64,000 nt of DNA. Source: a virus. The stretch lies in IMG/VR virus record IMGVR_UViG_3300030329_006476, positions 1 to 64,000 of that record. One strand, written 5' to 3'. The notes under the pieces were generated by a model. The model made no database searches. It was not told the origin of the DNA and saw only the letters and a list, made by a program, of their open reading frames with translations. Numbering within the stretch: the first letter of the stretch is position 1; every line of letters starts with the position of its first letter. This document shows positions 10,108 to 20,017 of this stretch, piece after piece. Position numbers and translations under genes: made by a program.

Positions 10108-11250
10108 TTAATAGCACTCCGGGCAATTCATCGGAGCAGTGACTTTTTTAAGAGACTTTTCGTCTTCTTTCTCGTCCTTTTTTAAATCCTTGATTTGTTT
10201 TTTATCGTCCTTGATGGCGTCTTTCTCGTGCTCTTCTTTTTCCTTTTTGTCGTCGCGCTCGAGTTCGTCTTCATCTTCTTTCTCGTCATCTCCGGCGGTC
10301 TTTACCACCAATTGCTTCTGGTAGTCTAAATTGTTTAAGGGTGGAATTCCTTGAGCCTTCGACTCTTCTTTCTTTTTAGAGTCTTCTTTCTTTTTGGAGT
10401 CCTTGTCATCTGAATCTTTCTCGTCAGAGTCCTTGTCGTCATCATCTTTCTTTTGGAGCCATGGGGGAAGGTTTCCCTTCTTGGCCTTGGCTTTCGACTC
10501 GTTTTTCTTATCTTCCTTAATGTCTTTTTTAAGATCGTGAGTTTCGACACTCTTTTTTTCAGAAGGCTTATCCTTTTTGAGCTTTTCAAGCTTTCCCTCG
10601 TCATCCTTGACGGCATCTTTGTAGTGCTCCTTTTTTTCTTTCTTATCGTCCCGCTTGAGTTCTTTTTCGTCGATCTTCTCCCAATCTTTGGCCGAAGATT
10701 CATCTCTCCATGTTTTAGGCAGGGAGCTTTCGCAGCCCAATTTTTTAGCTCGGGCAGTAAGCTTCCGCTTGAACTCTTCAAAACTCATGGGCCCTTTATA
10801 CATGCCCCATGTACTTACAGCGGCACGAACATTCTTGCAGGAGACCACGGGGAAAGAGCGACGCTTGGGATCTAAAAATGCACTATCCTTCAATTCACTT
10901 CTTTTTTTACCATCATAACGCTCCGCACCCAGAGCTGTATCCTCGTCTACTTCAACACCCAACGCGGCAGCTTTAGCTTTTATAATAAGGTAGGCTTCGG
11001 CCTTGCCCTCTGCAGAAAGAGAGCTTTTTCCTAGCTCCGCCACAGATCTGGTGACAGAAGCTTCGTTATGCAGGGGAAAGCGTCGTAAGGAGTGGGGCAC
11101 CGTTTTACCGTCCACCTTTCTCCCTCCGGGCTCAATATAAGCAAAGGCGGAGTCAGGCAAAGCCGTGACCTCTTTGCGCGTTTTTTGCTCGGCCAACATT
11201 GTTTGCAATTTGTCCGAATCTTGTATTCTTTTAGAGAAGTCGAGTTCCAT
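10108..11250 (-). CDS. Head-associated protein with two DUF6582-like repeats and K/D/E-rich tail
   Basis: LPDSAFA...RRFPL and LKDSAFL...RSFPV repeats; highly charged low-complexity C-half. Confidence 0.55.
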   Translation of the reverse strand: MELDFSKRIQDSDKLQTMLAEQKTRKEVTALPDSAFAYIEPGGRKVDGKTVPHSLRRFPLHNEASVTRSVAELGKSSLSAEGKAEAYLIIKAKAAALGVEVDEDTALGAERYDGKKRSELKDSAFLDPKRRSFPVVSCKNVRAAVSTWGMYKGPMSFEEFKRKLTARAKKLGCESSLPKTWRDESSAKDWEKIDEKELKRDDKKEKKEHYKDAVKDDEGKLEKLKKDKPSEKKSVETHDLKKDIKEDKKNESKAKAKKGNLPPWLQKKDDDDKDSDEKDSDDKDSKKKEDSKKKEESKAQGIPPLNNLDYQKQLVVKTAGDDEKEDEDELERDDKKEKEEHEKDAIKDDKKQIKDLKKDEKEDEKSLKKVTAPMNCPECY

Positions 11251-11295
11251 ATCTTTTTAGGTTAAAAGTCGTTGCTAAAATAATACACTCGTTTT

Positions 11296-13395
11296 TTAGC
11301 TTTGAGAATTTTTTTCTTCGCCTTGGGCATGGTATACCAGCGCCGCCGGATAAATTTCAAGTTGGTGCTCTTCCGATGCCTGCAAAACCTCGGGAAGCGG
11401 ACTCAAGCCCTCAATCAAGGAAAAGTCTTTGACGCAAGCTTCCACTTCCGCCTCCCAATCTTCAGGCATTCTAGCCATGACGACCGACTGGCATAAATCT
11501 TCCAAAAGCTCCTTTTTTTTCTTGGAAAGACGCTTTATGTTGTTGGCGGCCTTCATTTCCTTTTGGGCATGCACCAATAAGTTTTCTGCCTGATAGACCA
11601 CTTCTTGCACTGCCTTGGTGGTCAATTTCATAGTATCACGCTTGTTAGAACCCGTGGGGCGCCCGTGTTGTTGGGGTGTGCGCGGATGGGGGCGCCCCAC
11701 TGTTACCGGACCCGCACCCGGTTCGATATCCTTGTCATCAACTACATCTTGCACGGTAGGGGTTTTGTCTTCAGGCTGATTGGTCTTGGAGGGATAGCCT
11801 TTGTCTCCCTCTTCTCCCATGTCAGGCATTAATGGTTGACCTCCCACTAAAGGAGTATAATAACCTTTTTGCCTTTCATCGATATAAGCTTCTTGCTTTC
11901 GAAGTAGTTCTTCCGTTTCAGGATACAGTCCAGTCTTGATGGTTTGAATACCTTGTTCTGGCGTGAGTATTCCGAGCTCCATGAGCCGAGTTGTAACTCT
12001 TTGTAATTGAACCTCGTCTTTGAGATCAATTTCTTGAAATGTTATGTTGGGGTATTTGCGGAATCCCATATTTTGGCAAACAAGCTTGACTTGCGGCTGA
12101 AGAAAGTCATTGATAAAGGCAGCGCGGGCTTCCTTTAATCGCTCGAGAAATATCTGAGCCTTGACCTGAGTATTGCTATACCGCTCATGCCCTACTACTA
12201 CATTCTGCAGAGCTTCCTTAATGTCTTTGTCGACAATTTCATATTTCTCCGGCCCAAGCACTTTGTTGAGGTCGGGTATCACAAAATCCGCCTTGGTGGT
12301 ATAATCGCTTACTAAAACGCGCCCAATACTTTCATTAGCAAACAAAGATTGCATTGCCTTGAGGTTATTTGGATTGATTCCCCCCTTGTCGGGAGTGTTG
12401 CCCATTGTAATCAACAGAATTACGTTTTCAATAGTTCTCGTGATGGCTTGATCCACCTTTTTCAATTCTAGCTTCCAATTCAGGTCGTCCAAAACGGGAA
12501 ACCCGAAAGGAATGGCAAAAGGTTCGTAATCTTGCTTTTTATAAAAAGAAAAGCTAAGCTTGACAGGATCGAGCTCCATGGATATTCCGTCATATCCATA
12601 TCCCCCATCCTTGATGAGTTGCTGCGTCTTTTTAGGGAGCCCCTCAAGGACTTCCTTATCATAAGGCGTCTTGGGCTCTTGGAGCCTCTCCAACTCAAAT
12701 TCAGAAAGTATCTTTCTATATACCTGCCCATGAAAATTGGTAGAGCGTACGGTAGCTATGTCATAAGGATTGAGAACGATATATTTGATCGGCAACTCCC
12801 CCGGGCGCAAAAACTTGGATCCGTAAATAGTGGAAAGCTTGGCAAAGTCTTCATCGGTAAACTTACTGTCAATCCTATATAAAAATACGTTACCGCTTCT
12901 GTAGTATTCTCTAAAAAATTGATCCTTGAGGTTCCATATTTTTATTTTTTGAAACCACTTGTCTATAAACGTCCTAGCCTTTTCAGTCCCCCCTTCTATA
13001 TAAAGTTCGGTATTGGCAAATTCGGACATGATGTCTATCACGTTCCGGAAAATGGGAATGTTCGCATAGGCCTTTTGGCATAAAAGTATACAATCCCTGA
13101 CATCTGCCCCCAGCTTTGTATAATAATACGGAAGCATACCCTCCCGGATATTAGAATACTTGAAAAGCTTGGGACCTATAGGGGCTCTATTGAGGCGGGT
13201 TTGAGTACGAGCGACGTCCGATCCCGGCCCATTTCTTTCGTAAGCTTTAGCTGTTTGGGTATAATATGAATCCCCCGCTAAAATGGGATTCCACGGAGGA
13301 TCTTCTCCTGCAATTTGTTGAGTAAGATCGTTTAGATCTTTGGGCTCAAACTGCTCCCAATACGAAGATCTTTTTGTATATTTTCGTTTTGCCAT
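11296..13395 (-). CDS. Portal protein
   Basis: 699 aa directly downstream of TerL; FRNVIDIMSEF, EYYRSGNVFLY, YEPFAIPF motifs. Confidence 0.8.
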   Translation of the reverse strand: MAKRKYTKRSSYWEQFEPKDLNDLTQQIAGEDPPWNPILAGDSYYTQTAKAYERNGPGSDVARTQTRLNRAPIGPKLFKYSNIREGMLPYYYTKLGADVRDCILLCQKAYANIPIFRNVIDIMSEFANTELYIEGGTEKARTFIDKWFQKIKIWNLKDQFFREYYRSGNVFLYRIDSKFTDEDFAKLSTIYGSKFLRPGELPIKYIVLNPYDIATVRSTNFHGQVYRKILSEFELERLQEPKTPYDKEVLEGLPKKTQQLIKDGGYGYDGISMELDPVKLSFSFYKKQDYEPFAIPFGFPVLDDLNWKLELKKVDQAITRTIENVILLITMGNTPDKGGINPNNLKAMQSLFANESIGRVLVSDYTTKADFVIPDLNKVLGPEKYEIVDKDIKEALQNVVVGHERYSNTQVKAQIFLERLKEARAAFINDFLQPQVKLVCQNMGFRKYPNITFQEIDLKDEVQLQRVTTRLMELGILTPEQGIQTIKTGLYPETEELLRKQEAYIDERQKGYYTPLVGGQPLMPDMGEEGDKGYPSKTNQPEDKTPTVQDVVDDKDIEPGAGPVTVGRPHPRTPQQHGRPTGSNKRDTMKLTTKAVQEVVYQAENLLVHAQKEMKAANNIKRLSKKKKELLEDLCQSVVMARMPEDWEAEVEACVKDFSLIEGLSPLPEVLQASEEHQLEIYPAALVYHAQGEEKNSQS

Positions 13396-13457
13396 ACGGT
13401 ATTATACACCAAAGTCTGGCAAAAGTCTAAGAAAAGTTAAAAGTCTACTTTTGACTT

Positions 13458-15365
13458 TCAGGCTACAAACATCGGAACGAATGTAGACTGAACTTCCTCG
13501 CCCTTAACATTCATCATGTCGTAATATATTTTTATCATCCAATTGCCCAATACTAAAGCCGAATACGAGTCCTTTCTCGCTTTTTCGGGACCCGTCTGAC
13601 GGCGCAGGTTATCCGGCAGATCAAACGTTTGGGTTCCTTGGGGTGTCGTTTTGATTTGTATGAGGGCACATTCAGCTTTTGTCTTTTCGATAAGATCTAC
13701 TTGATGCTCCACGAAGTCGATCATCTTCGCGGCGGCACTTTCCTTTTCCTCTTGAGCCATTCTAAGGTATCGAAGGGATTTTATAGGAATCCTTTTCTTT
13801 CTTTGACGTTTGTAATCATCATTAACGGCGCGGGCTCCAAAGAATATTTTCTTATGGTCGAAATTTGCTTGGAGTAACTCGTTAGCAATACGAATCCATT
13901 GGGATGTAGGCTTTCGAAGTATACAGATTTTCTTTTTATTTAAGTCATATTCCAGTTTAGCTTCTCTTAAAGCCTGCTGATAATTCTCTAAATTATCAAA
14001 ATTGCTACCAATAGTATGAATTTTCAGATCCGCCTGCTTGAAGAGGCTGCTCTCATTGCATGCGTTCAAAAATTGAACGCCGCCATTGTAGTCGCCGACG
14101 ATGGCCACTATATTAAAATGAGTAAGCAAGTAATGAAAATAGAAGATATGGTCTTTTAACCGCGCCCCGGAGAGGGCGTAGTTATGAACGAGAGTGCCAG
14201 TTTGGCTATCATCGTTTATCTTGAATACCTGCATGGCGAAATCATCGGAGCTTTCGCTTTCCGCCCAGCTAGGGTCAAATGACAAAACATATTTGTCCGC
14301 TGGCTCTCCAGCGACCTCGACGCAGGGAGACTGACCATCAGGAATAGTACAAGCCGCCATTTTGGATATCCGAAAATAACCGGAGCTGTCATCGGTGAAT
14401 ACCGCCCCGAACTCTCGGTCGAACTGGCTTTGGCTCATTGACGCCTTCGCTTGGGTGATCAAGTTCTGGTCATAGAGCTGTTGAGGAGCGCAATCATAGC
14501 TGAAATGCATTATGGTACGGTGTGCTGTACCTTTTTCCTTAGCCACTCCGGTGATAAGGTCCTCGAAGGTTTCGTACAGCTTGTACATGTATTCAAACTT
14601 GTAAGAAGCGGAAGAAAGCATAATAAGCTTATTGTTCGGCCACTGATGCCGATCCTCTTCCTTCATCTTTCCTTCGGCAATCATCTGAGTCTCGAGGTTA
14701 TACAAATCCTCCCTCTCGGTCGGATTTTCGACAACGGAAAGAAATGGAACTATAACTTCATTATATATTCTTTCGGGCATCAAGAGGAACTCATCGATAA
14801 TAATTCTATGAAAACGAAAGCCTCGAAGCTTCTCGCCGTCGCCTAAAGGGAGCGCATGAATCTTGCTTGCTCCGAGCTCCAGCGTCCATTGGTCATTATT
14901 CTTGGCTTTACGAGTTACGCATTGCGCAAGCATCGCCGCTTCCGGCTTAGCTAGGATATCCTCGATTTTCTTGAATATCATTTTCGATTGCCGAAATGAT
15001 TTGGAAATAATACCTATTTCAACGCCTTGATTCATTATGGCGTCAAGAAAGGCGAATATACCCGTAGTAAACGATTTGGACATGCCGCGAGACCATACTC
15101 CCATAAAATAATCGGATTCAAGCATTGCCTTGATTGCCATATGTTGAAATGGAAATAATTTAATTCCACTCAGCATGTCCACTGTAAAAGTGACATTACT
15201 GGAAAGAAATTTATAAAGCAATAGCTTTGCCTCGTGCTCGTCCAGAAATCCCTTCTTGGAAAGGATCTCTTGGTTGATCGCCGAGGAGTATTTGTCGCGC
15301 CCTTGCTGTTTGCCTGCAACCCAAGTCATTATTTCTCGTCCCCGGGCCTCCAGTGAATCGCCCAC
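13458..15365 (-). CDS. terL: Terminase large subunit (likely start 15329, TAATG overlap)
   Basis: Walker A-like SRGMSKS, LRGFRF, Walker B IIIDEF, LSSA motif III, nuclease LSFDPS...DD and KDSYSAL. Confidence 0.9.
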   Translation of the reverse strand: MGDSLEARGREIMTWVAGKQQGRDKYSSAINQEILSKKGFLDEHEAKLLLYKFLSSNVTFTVDMLSGIKLFPFQHMAIKAMLESDYFMGVWSRGMSKSFTTGIFAFLDAIMNQGVEIGIISKSFRQSKMIFKKIEDILAKPEAAMLAQCVTRKAKNNDQWTLELGASKIHALPLGDGEKLRGFRFHRIIIDEFLLMPERIYNEVIVPFLSVVENPTEREDLYNLETQMIAEGKMKEEDRHQWPNNKLIMLSSASYKFEYMYKLYETFEDLITGVAKEKGTAHRTIMHFSYDCAPQQLYDQNLITQAKASMSQSQFDREFGAVFTDDSSGYFRISKMAACTIPDGQSPCVEVAGEPADKYVLSFDPSWAESESSDDFAMQVFKINDDSQTGTLVHNYALSGARLKDHIFYFHYLLTHFNIVAIVGDYNGGVQFLNACNESSLFKQADLKIHTIGSNFDNLENYQQALREAKLEYDLNKKKICILRKPTSQWIRIANELLQANFDHKKIFFGARAVNDDYKRQRKKRIPIKSLRYLRMAQEEKESAAAKMIDFVEHQVDLIEKTKAECALIQIKTTPQGTQTFDLPDNLRRQTGPEKARKDSYSALVLGNWMIKIYYDMMNVKGEEVQSTFVPMFVA

Positions 15366-15550
15366 TTATAGCTGCGGGTAGCTATACCCTCCATATGCTT
15401 GGGGGGAAGGCAAGAAACCGCAGCTCGCAAGTTATGCTGCAAAGTCTCTATGACGACATAGAGGTCTTTAATCTGCTTGTCTTGTATATCTATTTTTCTT
15501 TCTAGGTGCTTATTCGAGTTCATGATGATCAAAAAAATATTGTAAATCAA
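15329..15550 (-). CDS. Small coiled-coil hypothetical protein
   Basis: ORF coupled to neighbouring genes. Confidence 0.5.
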   Translation of the reverse strand: MIYNIFLIIMNSNKHLERKIDIQDKQIKDLYVVIETLQHNLRAAVSCLPPKHMEGIATRSYKWAIHWRPGDEK

Positions 15551-16451
15551 CGTCCCATAGATCTTGGCCGTAATAAAGGAGCTTTGGCACTATTGATTGA
15601 GAGTTGGTTCGGGTTCCCGTAAAAAGAAATTGGCAATGGCCCTTGAATTCATGAGTTAGTACACGCATATTGTGCCATATGTAAGAAAGGTTGGATCTGT
15701 GTGGCCCGAAATTATTATTTTTCTTTATCTTCTCTATACTGCTTTCGGTAACTATATATAAGAATGCGCTAAATTGCCGCGCTCGTTCAAGCTCTCGCTT
15801 GAAGCGAGAAAGTCCCACCGTCATCGTTCCCTTGAAATCCCCCTCGCTTTTGCGGTCTACAAAGGTATAAGAATAATGATCTCCCCCCATGGTGTAATCT
15901 CCAAAATCCAATTTATGAGACTTGCTCTTCTTGAACCTCAAGGGCTTTTGTTCGCGGCTATCTATGTATATTGGAATTTCTTCTATTGAATTTTTTTTCC
16001 GGAAAAAGTTTTGTGTTATCCCTTTATTATATATTGGTTCAAGGCCAAGCTCTTTGCAGGCTTGTCCATAACCGCCGAAATTATTCTTATACAAATCAAT
16101 TGGCGGTAGTTTATTTAATTCTATTTCCAGATGATTAGGTCCATATTCAAGCTTATTCTTTTCTATTCTGTTCTTTAGTTGTCTTAAGATGTATTCCTTT
16201 ACTTCCTTTTTGTCTTTGTGCGTATTGCACCATTTAAGCATTTGCATACGGGTGGAGAAGTCCATCCCGAAGTAATCCGCTTTGTTCTTAAAGGGGAGAG
16301 GGTCTCCCGTAAGTCTATTGATTCGGGGATAGTAGGTGGTATAGTACTCCGCCACGGTTTTGCCGTGAACCTTTATATGACGGTGAAGTGCAGCATCGTT
16401 TGCAAATTCGTTGCCGCATTCCATGCACTTTACTTTTTCGCTACTTGCCAT
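15510..16451 (-). CDS. C2H2 zinc-finger + ERCC4-type nuclease
   Basis: CMEC-x12-HIKVH; IYIDSREQ, GDY, VDRKS..DF ERCC4 motifs. Confidence 0.75.
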   Translation of the reverse strand: MASSEKVKCMECGNEFANDAALHRHIKVHGKTVAEYYTTYYPRINRLTGDPLPFKNKADYFGMDFSTRMQMLKWCNTHKDKKEVKEYILRQLKNRIEKNKLEYGPNHLEIELNKLPPIDLYKNNFGGYGQACKELGLEPIYNKGITQNFFRKKNSIEEIPIYIDSREQKPLRFKKSKSHKLDFGDYTMGGDHYSYTFVDRKSEGDFKGTMTVGLSRFKRELERARQFSAFLYIVTESSIEKIKKNNNFGPHRSNLSYIWHNMRVLTHEFKGHCQFLFTGTRTNSQSIVPKLLYYGQDLWDVDLQYFFDHHELE

Positions 16452-17047
16452 CTTCTTAGTTTCCAGAATAATTTTACAAATAGACTGGGTATTCTTAAAT
16501 TAAGACCTTTTGTGTTTTTTACTAATGGTTTTTGCGCAAATATTGCTCTTGACAGGATTTTTTTGTAGAAGGGCATATTCATTAATCTGCAGTTTTCTAT
16601 CCGTATTCCTTTTGTCTTGGGCAAATCATCAATGTCGTAATCCGACCAATTTCCCAAGTCTATGCAGGCACCGTCCCACCAATGCCTGAAGGGATTCAGG
16701 AAGAGGCTGTTTTTTATAGTTACTTGAGATACTTGGCATTTGATGGTAAAATGATGCTTGGTGTTAAGCGCCACGAATACGCATCCGTCAAATGTTATTC
16801 GTCCTCCCCGCACTATGTCCACACAATCTTCATAACCCCCTGATATTATACAGTTTTTTACATTGACGTCCCATACGTTCGACAGCTTAAGCCCTTCGGC
16901 CACTCCATTCGCTTGAATTACGCAATTTACGATGGCTATGTCTCTGCAATTGCCGAAACCCAAGGCGTTATCGTCCCATTGACCTTTGGCCTTATCCGGA
17001 TCCCCCTTGAAAAAGGAATCCTTTATTACTATAGCTGGGTCAGCCAT
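16430..17047 (-). CDS. Right-handed beta-helix protein
   Basis: Repeating I.I.NC.I/F units, EDCVDI; start taken at MADPAI (17047). Confidence 0.65.
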   Translation of the reverse strand: MADPAIVIKDSFFKGDPDKAKGQWDDNALGFGNCRDIAIVNCVIQANGVAEGLKLSNVWDVNVKNCIISGGYEDCVDIVRGGRITFDGCVFVALNTKHHFTIKCQVSQVTIKNSLFLNPFRHWWDGACIDLGNWSDYDIDDLPKTKGIRIENCRLMNMPFYKKILSRAIFAQKPLVKNTKGLNLRIPSLFVKLFWKLRRWQVAKK

Positions 17048-17253
17048 ACGAAAAGAGGCATTCCGGCCCCTACCCAAGTAGCCCAGCAATCAGCCACATC
17101 AGAGGTGCCTCTTTTGCTTTTGTCGTCCCATACCTCCTTCGCCATGCCGGCTATAAAACCCAAGGCAAAAAGGGGCTCCCACACAAAACCGCAAGACGAA
17201 AACAACGCTCCGGCTACGAAATGAAGAAATTTATCGTAATGCTTAAAGTACAT
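17029..17253 (-). CDS. Small membrane protein (DKxLH...KEVWD type)
   Basis: Hydrophobic helices with DKFLHF and KEVWD motifs. Confidence 0.6.
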   Translation of the reverse strand: MYFKHYDKFLHFVAGALFSSCGFVWEPLFALGFIAGMAKEVWDDKSKRGTSDVADCWATWVGAGMPLFVWLTQL

Positions 17254-18301
17254 CTTCCTTCCTTAATCCCAATACCCGGGCCTTCCAATCCGGCATTGAC
17301 TCGAGGTTTCCCGCTTCTTCTTTCACGAGCTCCTTTTGCATCTCAGCTATTTTTATCATAACGTTCCTTTCTTCCTCTTGTTGAAATAATTGAACCAAAT
17401 TAAGAATAGATGCATTTTGCTGTTGTTTACTTTGGACTCTTTTTGCTCTATCCCCGTTTAAGCGGGTTATTAGGCTCTCCATGCGCTTTTCGCACTGATT
17501 ATACTCTTCACTCTTGGTTTTCAGCAATTCGGCCAACCGCACGGTCATATCCCGCTGGTCTTCGCACTGTTCAAACATGTAGTTTAATTTATCCACCGCT
17601 TTCTGAATATTCATTAAATTAACGTAGTCAATGCAAACGTTTATGTAGAGGTTGACTTCATCGGACGTCAGATCAGGCTTGTCCCATGTAGCGCGCACGA
17701 ATTCAGCCTCAAATAAAACGCGGTCTTGTTTGTTGGTATAATTACTGATAGTTTGAATCAGACGCGGCGATTGGAGAAAAGTTACGAGTGCCTCTATTCC
17801 ATTTTTTATCTGTAGGGGCATTTTACTCTCATCCAAGGCTTGGCTTGTGGTTTCATTTACTTTTTTCAATACAGCCTCAAAACCCTTAGGGGGGGAATAC
17901 CGGGTTCCAATGGCCGTATCCGCCGGATGAACGTCTTCGGGAGCATTTTCCTTAATAAAGGCCGCGACCACAATTGACTCCTTGCTTAGGGGCGTCAAGG
18001 ACTTTTCCTTAAACAGTAGTTGCGCTACGTCAAAGGCTTTCATGCCCGCATCTACATTTTCTAATATAAATTCTTTTTGATCATCCGTAAGTTTTACCGG
18101 CGGCACTCTTTTGGCTTTGGTAGTTTTATATTTGTAGTCTTTGGCGGCCATATATTCACGCACCGCGCGCCCCTCTTTGGAGCGGCCATCCAAATTTTCG
18201 GACATGAATACCGCACAGGTCAACTCGTTCAAGTTGCAGATTCTTTTGTGGTGAGAATCTATGTAAGCTTTTTGCTCGTCATTTAGTTTTATCTTTTCCA
18301 T
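17243..18301 (-). CDS. Hypothetical helical/coiled-coil protein, candidate terminase small subunit
   Basis: 352 aa, two HTH-like N-terminal repeats (LNDEQKAYI / LTDDQKEFI), upstream of terL. Confidence 0.4.
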   Translation of the reverse strand: MEKIKLNDEQKAYIDSHHKRICNLNELTCAVFMSENLDGRSKEGRAVREYMAAKDYKYKTTKAKRVPPVKLTDDQKEFILENVDAGMKAFDVAQLLFKEKSLTPLSKESIVVAAFIKENAPEDVHPADTAIGTRYSPPKGFEAVLKKVNETTSQALDESKMPLQIKNGIEALVTFLQSPRLIQTISNYTNKQDRVLFEAEFVRATWDKPDLTSDEVNLYINVCIDYVNLMNIQKAVDKLNYMFEQCEDQRDMTVRLAELLKTKSEEYNQCEKRMESLITRLNGDRAKRVQSKQQQNASILNLVQLFQQEEERNVMIKIAEMQKELVKEEAGNLESMPDWKARVLGLRKEDVL

Positions 18302-19007
18302 AGAATATATCCTTGGTCGCCAATATTCTTTCCGCTTTTTGCTTAAATTGTTTTTTGAGGTTCTTTATCTGCTTGTAACCGGCCTTTCTTCCTTTTTCGG
18401 TAGTCCGGTATCCCAATTCTTTGGCGGCGTCTTCCTCCGTCATGTTTTCGATAAAGAGCATTTGATAGATTCGGTAGTTTTTCTCGCTCAACACCTTTTT
18501 CATTTCCGCATGCAGCCTTATTTGCGCATCTTCTATCTCGAATGACTCGGCCCCCGAGCTTTCCAGCTCGTGCATATGATTCTCTATTGTTACGGCCATT
18601 TTGATATCGAAAGCGGCCTTCTTCGTCTTTTCCCATTTAGCGTAGAGGGGGCACTCATTGCATTGTAGTCGGCTCGTTGTAAACCCGCAAAAGCCTTGTT
18701 CCGTCTCATCCGTCACTCCGGTTTGATTGAAGGGACAATTAAGGCACGGTTTAGCGAAATTGCTGTAATAGTTGCGCAGAATGTTTTTTAGCTGATTAGT
18801 AATGATCCTGTTCAGCCATGGACGCAGGGGCCGTTCTTGGTCCCACTGCTCCCATTTCTTATAAAGATGAGTCCGGATTATTTGCTTAACATCGTCGAAA
18901 TCAACCCACGTCAGGGATTTTAGAAACCACTTGGCTCGACGCTTGTTAAGCTCTACTTCTATAATCTCGTACTTTTCTTCGTAGGTAATCTTAGGTTGTT
19001 TGGCCAC
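18279..19007 (-). CDS. Phage sigma70-family factor (probable late sigma)
   Basis: Region-2-like DFDDVKQII..KKWEQWD...WLNRII.NQLKN; region-4 HTH MTEEDAAKELGY. Confidence 0.7.
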   Translation of the reverse strand: MAKQPKITYEEKYEIIEVELNKRRAKWFLKSLTWVDFDDVKQIIRTHLYKKWEQWDQERPLRPWLNRIITNQLKNILRNYYSNFAKPCLNCPFNQTGVTDETEQGFCGFTTSRLQCNECPLYAKWEKTKKAAFDIKMAVTIENHMHELESSGAESFEIEDAQIRLHAEMKKVLSEKNYRIYQMLFIENMTEEDAAKELGYRTTEKGRKAGYKQIKNLKKQFKQKAERILATKDIFYGKDKTK

Positions 19008-19374
19008 CTACCTCTTTGGGTTCTCTAGCGGATCGACATTGATCCAATGTGGCCTGAATAATATCTTCCCCCGGGTTCTGAGCCATCTCAGGGCGCGGAG
19101 GCATTTTATTATATTCTCCCTTGGGGTCAGCTGATGCTTGGGCGACCAAGTCTCCAAAAGTAGGAATTCTTGGCGCGCCTCCTATCTCGTACTCTAAACG
19201 CGAAAGGCTCGGAAGTTGGTTTTCGGATTTATCGAGAGCTGTTTCCCCCTCGGCTATCTCCGTTGAGCTGATTTCCTTTGCGTTGATTGAGCACCCGCAA
19301 CTAGAACAAAAGTTTGGCTTTTTGAGAGTGTATTGCACTTTTCCGCCGCAATTGATACAGAATTCTGTATTCAT
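18991..19374 (-). CDS. Zinc-ribbon protein
   Basis: FCINCG...NFCSSCG. Confidence 0.65.
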   Translation of the reverse strand: MNTEFCINCGGKVQYTLKKPNFCSSCGCSINAKEISSTEIAEGETALDKSENQLPSLSRLEYEIGGAPRIPTFGDLVAQASADPKGEYNKMPPRPEMAQNPGEDIIQATLDQCRSAREPKEVGGQTT

Positions 19375-19412
19375 AACTTATATTATAATATAAAAATAAA
19401 TTTTTCCAGCAA

Positions 19413-20003
19413 TTAAATTAAGTAGCCCGAAATGATCCGAGCTTGCCTTTTCATGAATTTAAATTTTTCTTCGGACCGAATATCTTCCGGAGCGTCGCTT
19501 TTGACGTAATCGATTCCCAGAATACCGATAATCTTTCCATTAAGGGTCTTTATGGGTATGTTGTATATGCTTTTAACCCCCTTACCCTTGGCGAGTTTTA
19601 AAAAGGCCCTGTCGTGAATTTCCTCCATGTCGCGATATGCAAAGCGATTGTCGTTGATCATTTCGCTTATGTACTCATGGTAATTAGACACCCGGTGATT
19701 TTGAGAGTTTTCGCATTCAATGCTGATCCCATCGCTTACCACCTCATAGGTGCAGCTAAATTTTTGCTGACCCCGTCCGGAAAAATAATGTTCACCGTTA
19801 TGAAACTCCATAACGTAAACCCGGTCGGCGTCAGTCTCCCCAATAATGAATTTGAGTGCCATATAGACGTTTGCGTTCTGGACGGTTTCTTTAACTATGC
19901 AGTCTTTTTCTTTGCGGTTAATATAGCGGCGCCCCAGCCACACACTAAACAAGGTAGCGGCGGCAGTTATAAGAGCCGCGATTATAGAAGTAACTCCATC
20001 CAT
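19413..20003 (-). CDS. N-terminal TM + GAF domain protein, T4 T-like holin candidate
   Basis: One N-terminal TM helix; ADRVYVMEFHNG...GVKS...PI...GKIIGILGIDY GAF pattern. Confidence 0.6.
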   Translation of the reverse strand: MDGVTSIIAALITAAATLFSVWLGRRYINRKEKDCIVKETVQNANVYMALKFIIGETDADRVYVMEFHNGEHYFSGRGQQKFSCTYEVVSDGISIECENSQNHRVSNYHEYISEMINDNRFAYRDMEEIHDRAFLKLAKGKGVKSIYNIPIKTLNGKIIGILGIDYVKSDAPEDIRSEEKFKFMKRQARIISGYLI

Positions 20004-20017
20004 GTATTTATATACAC

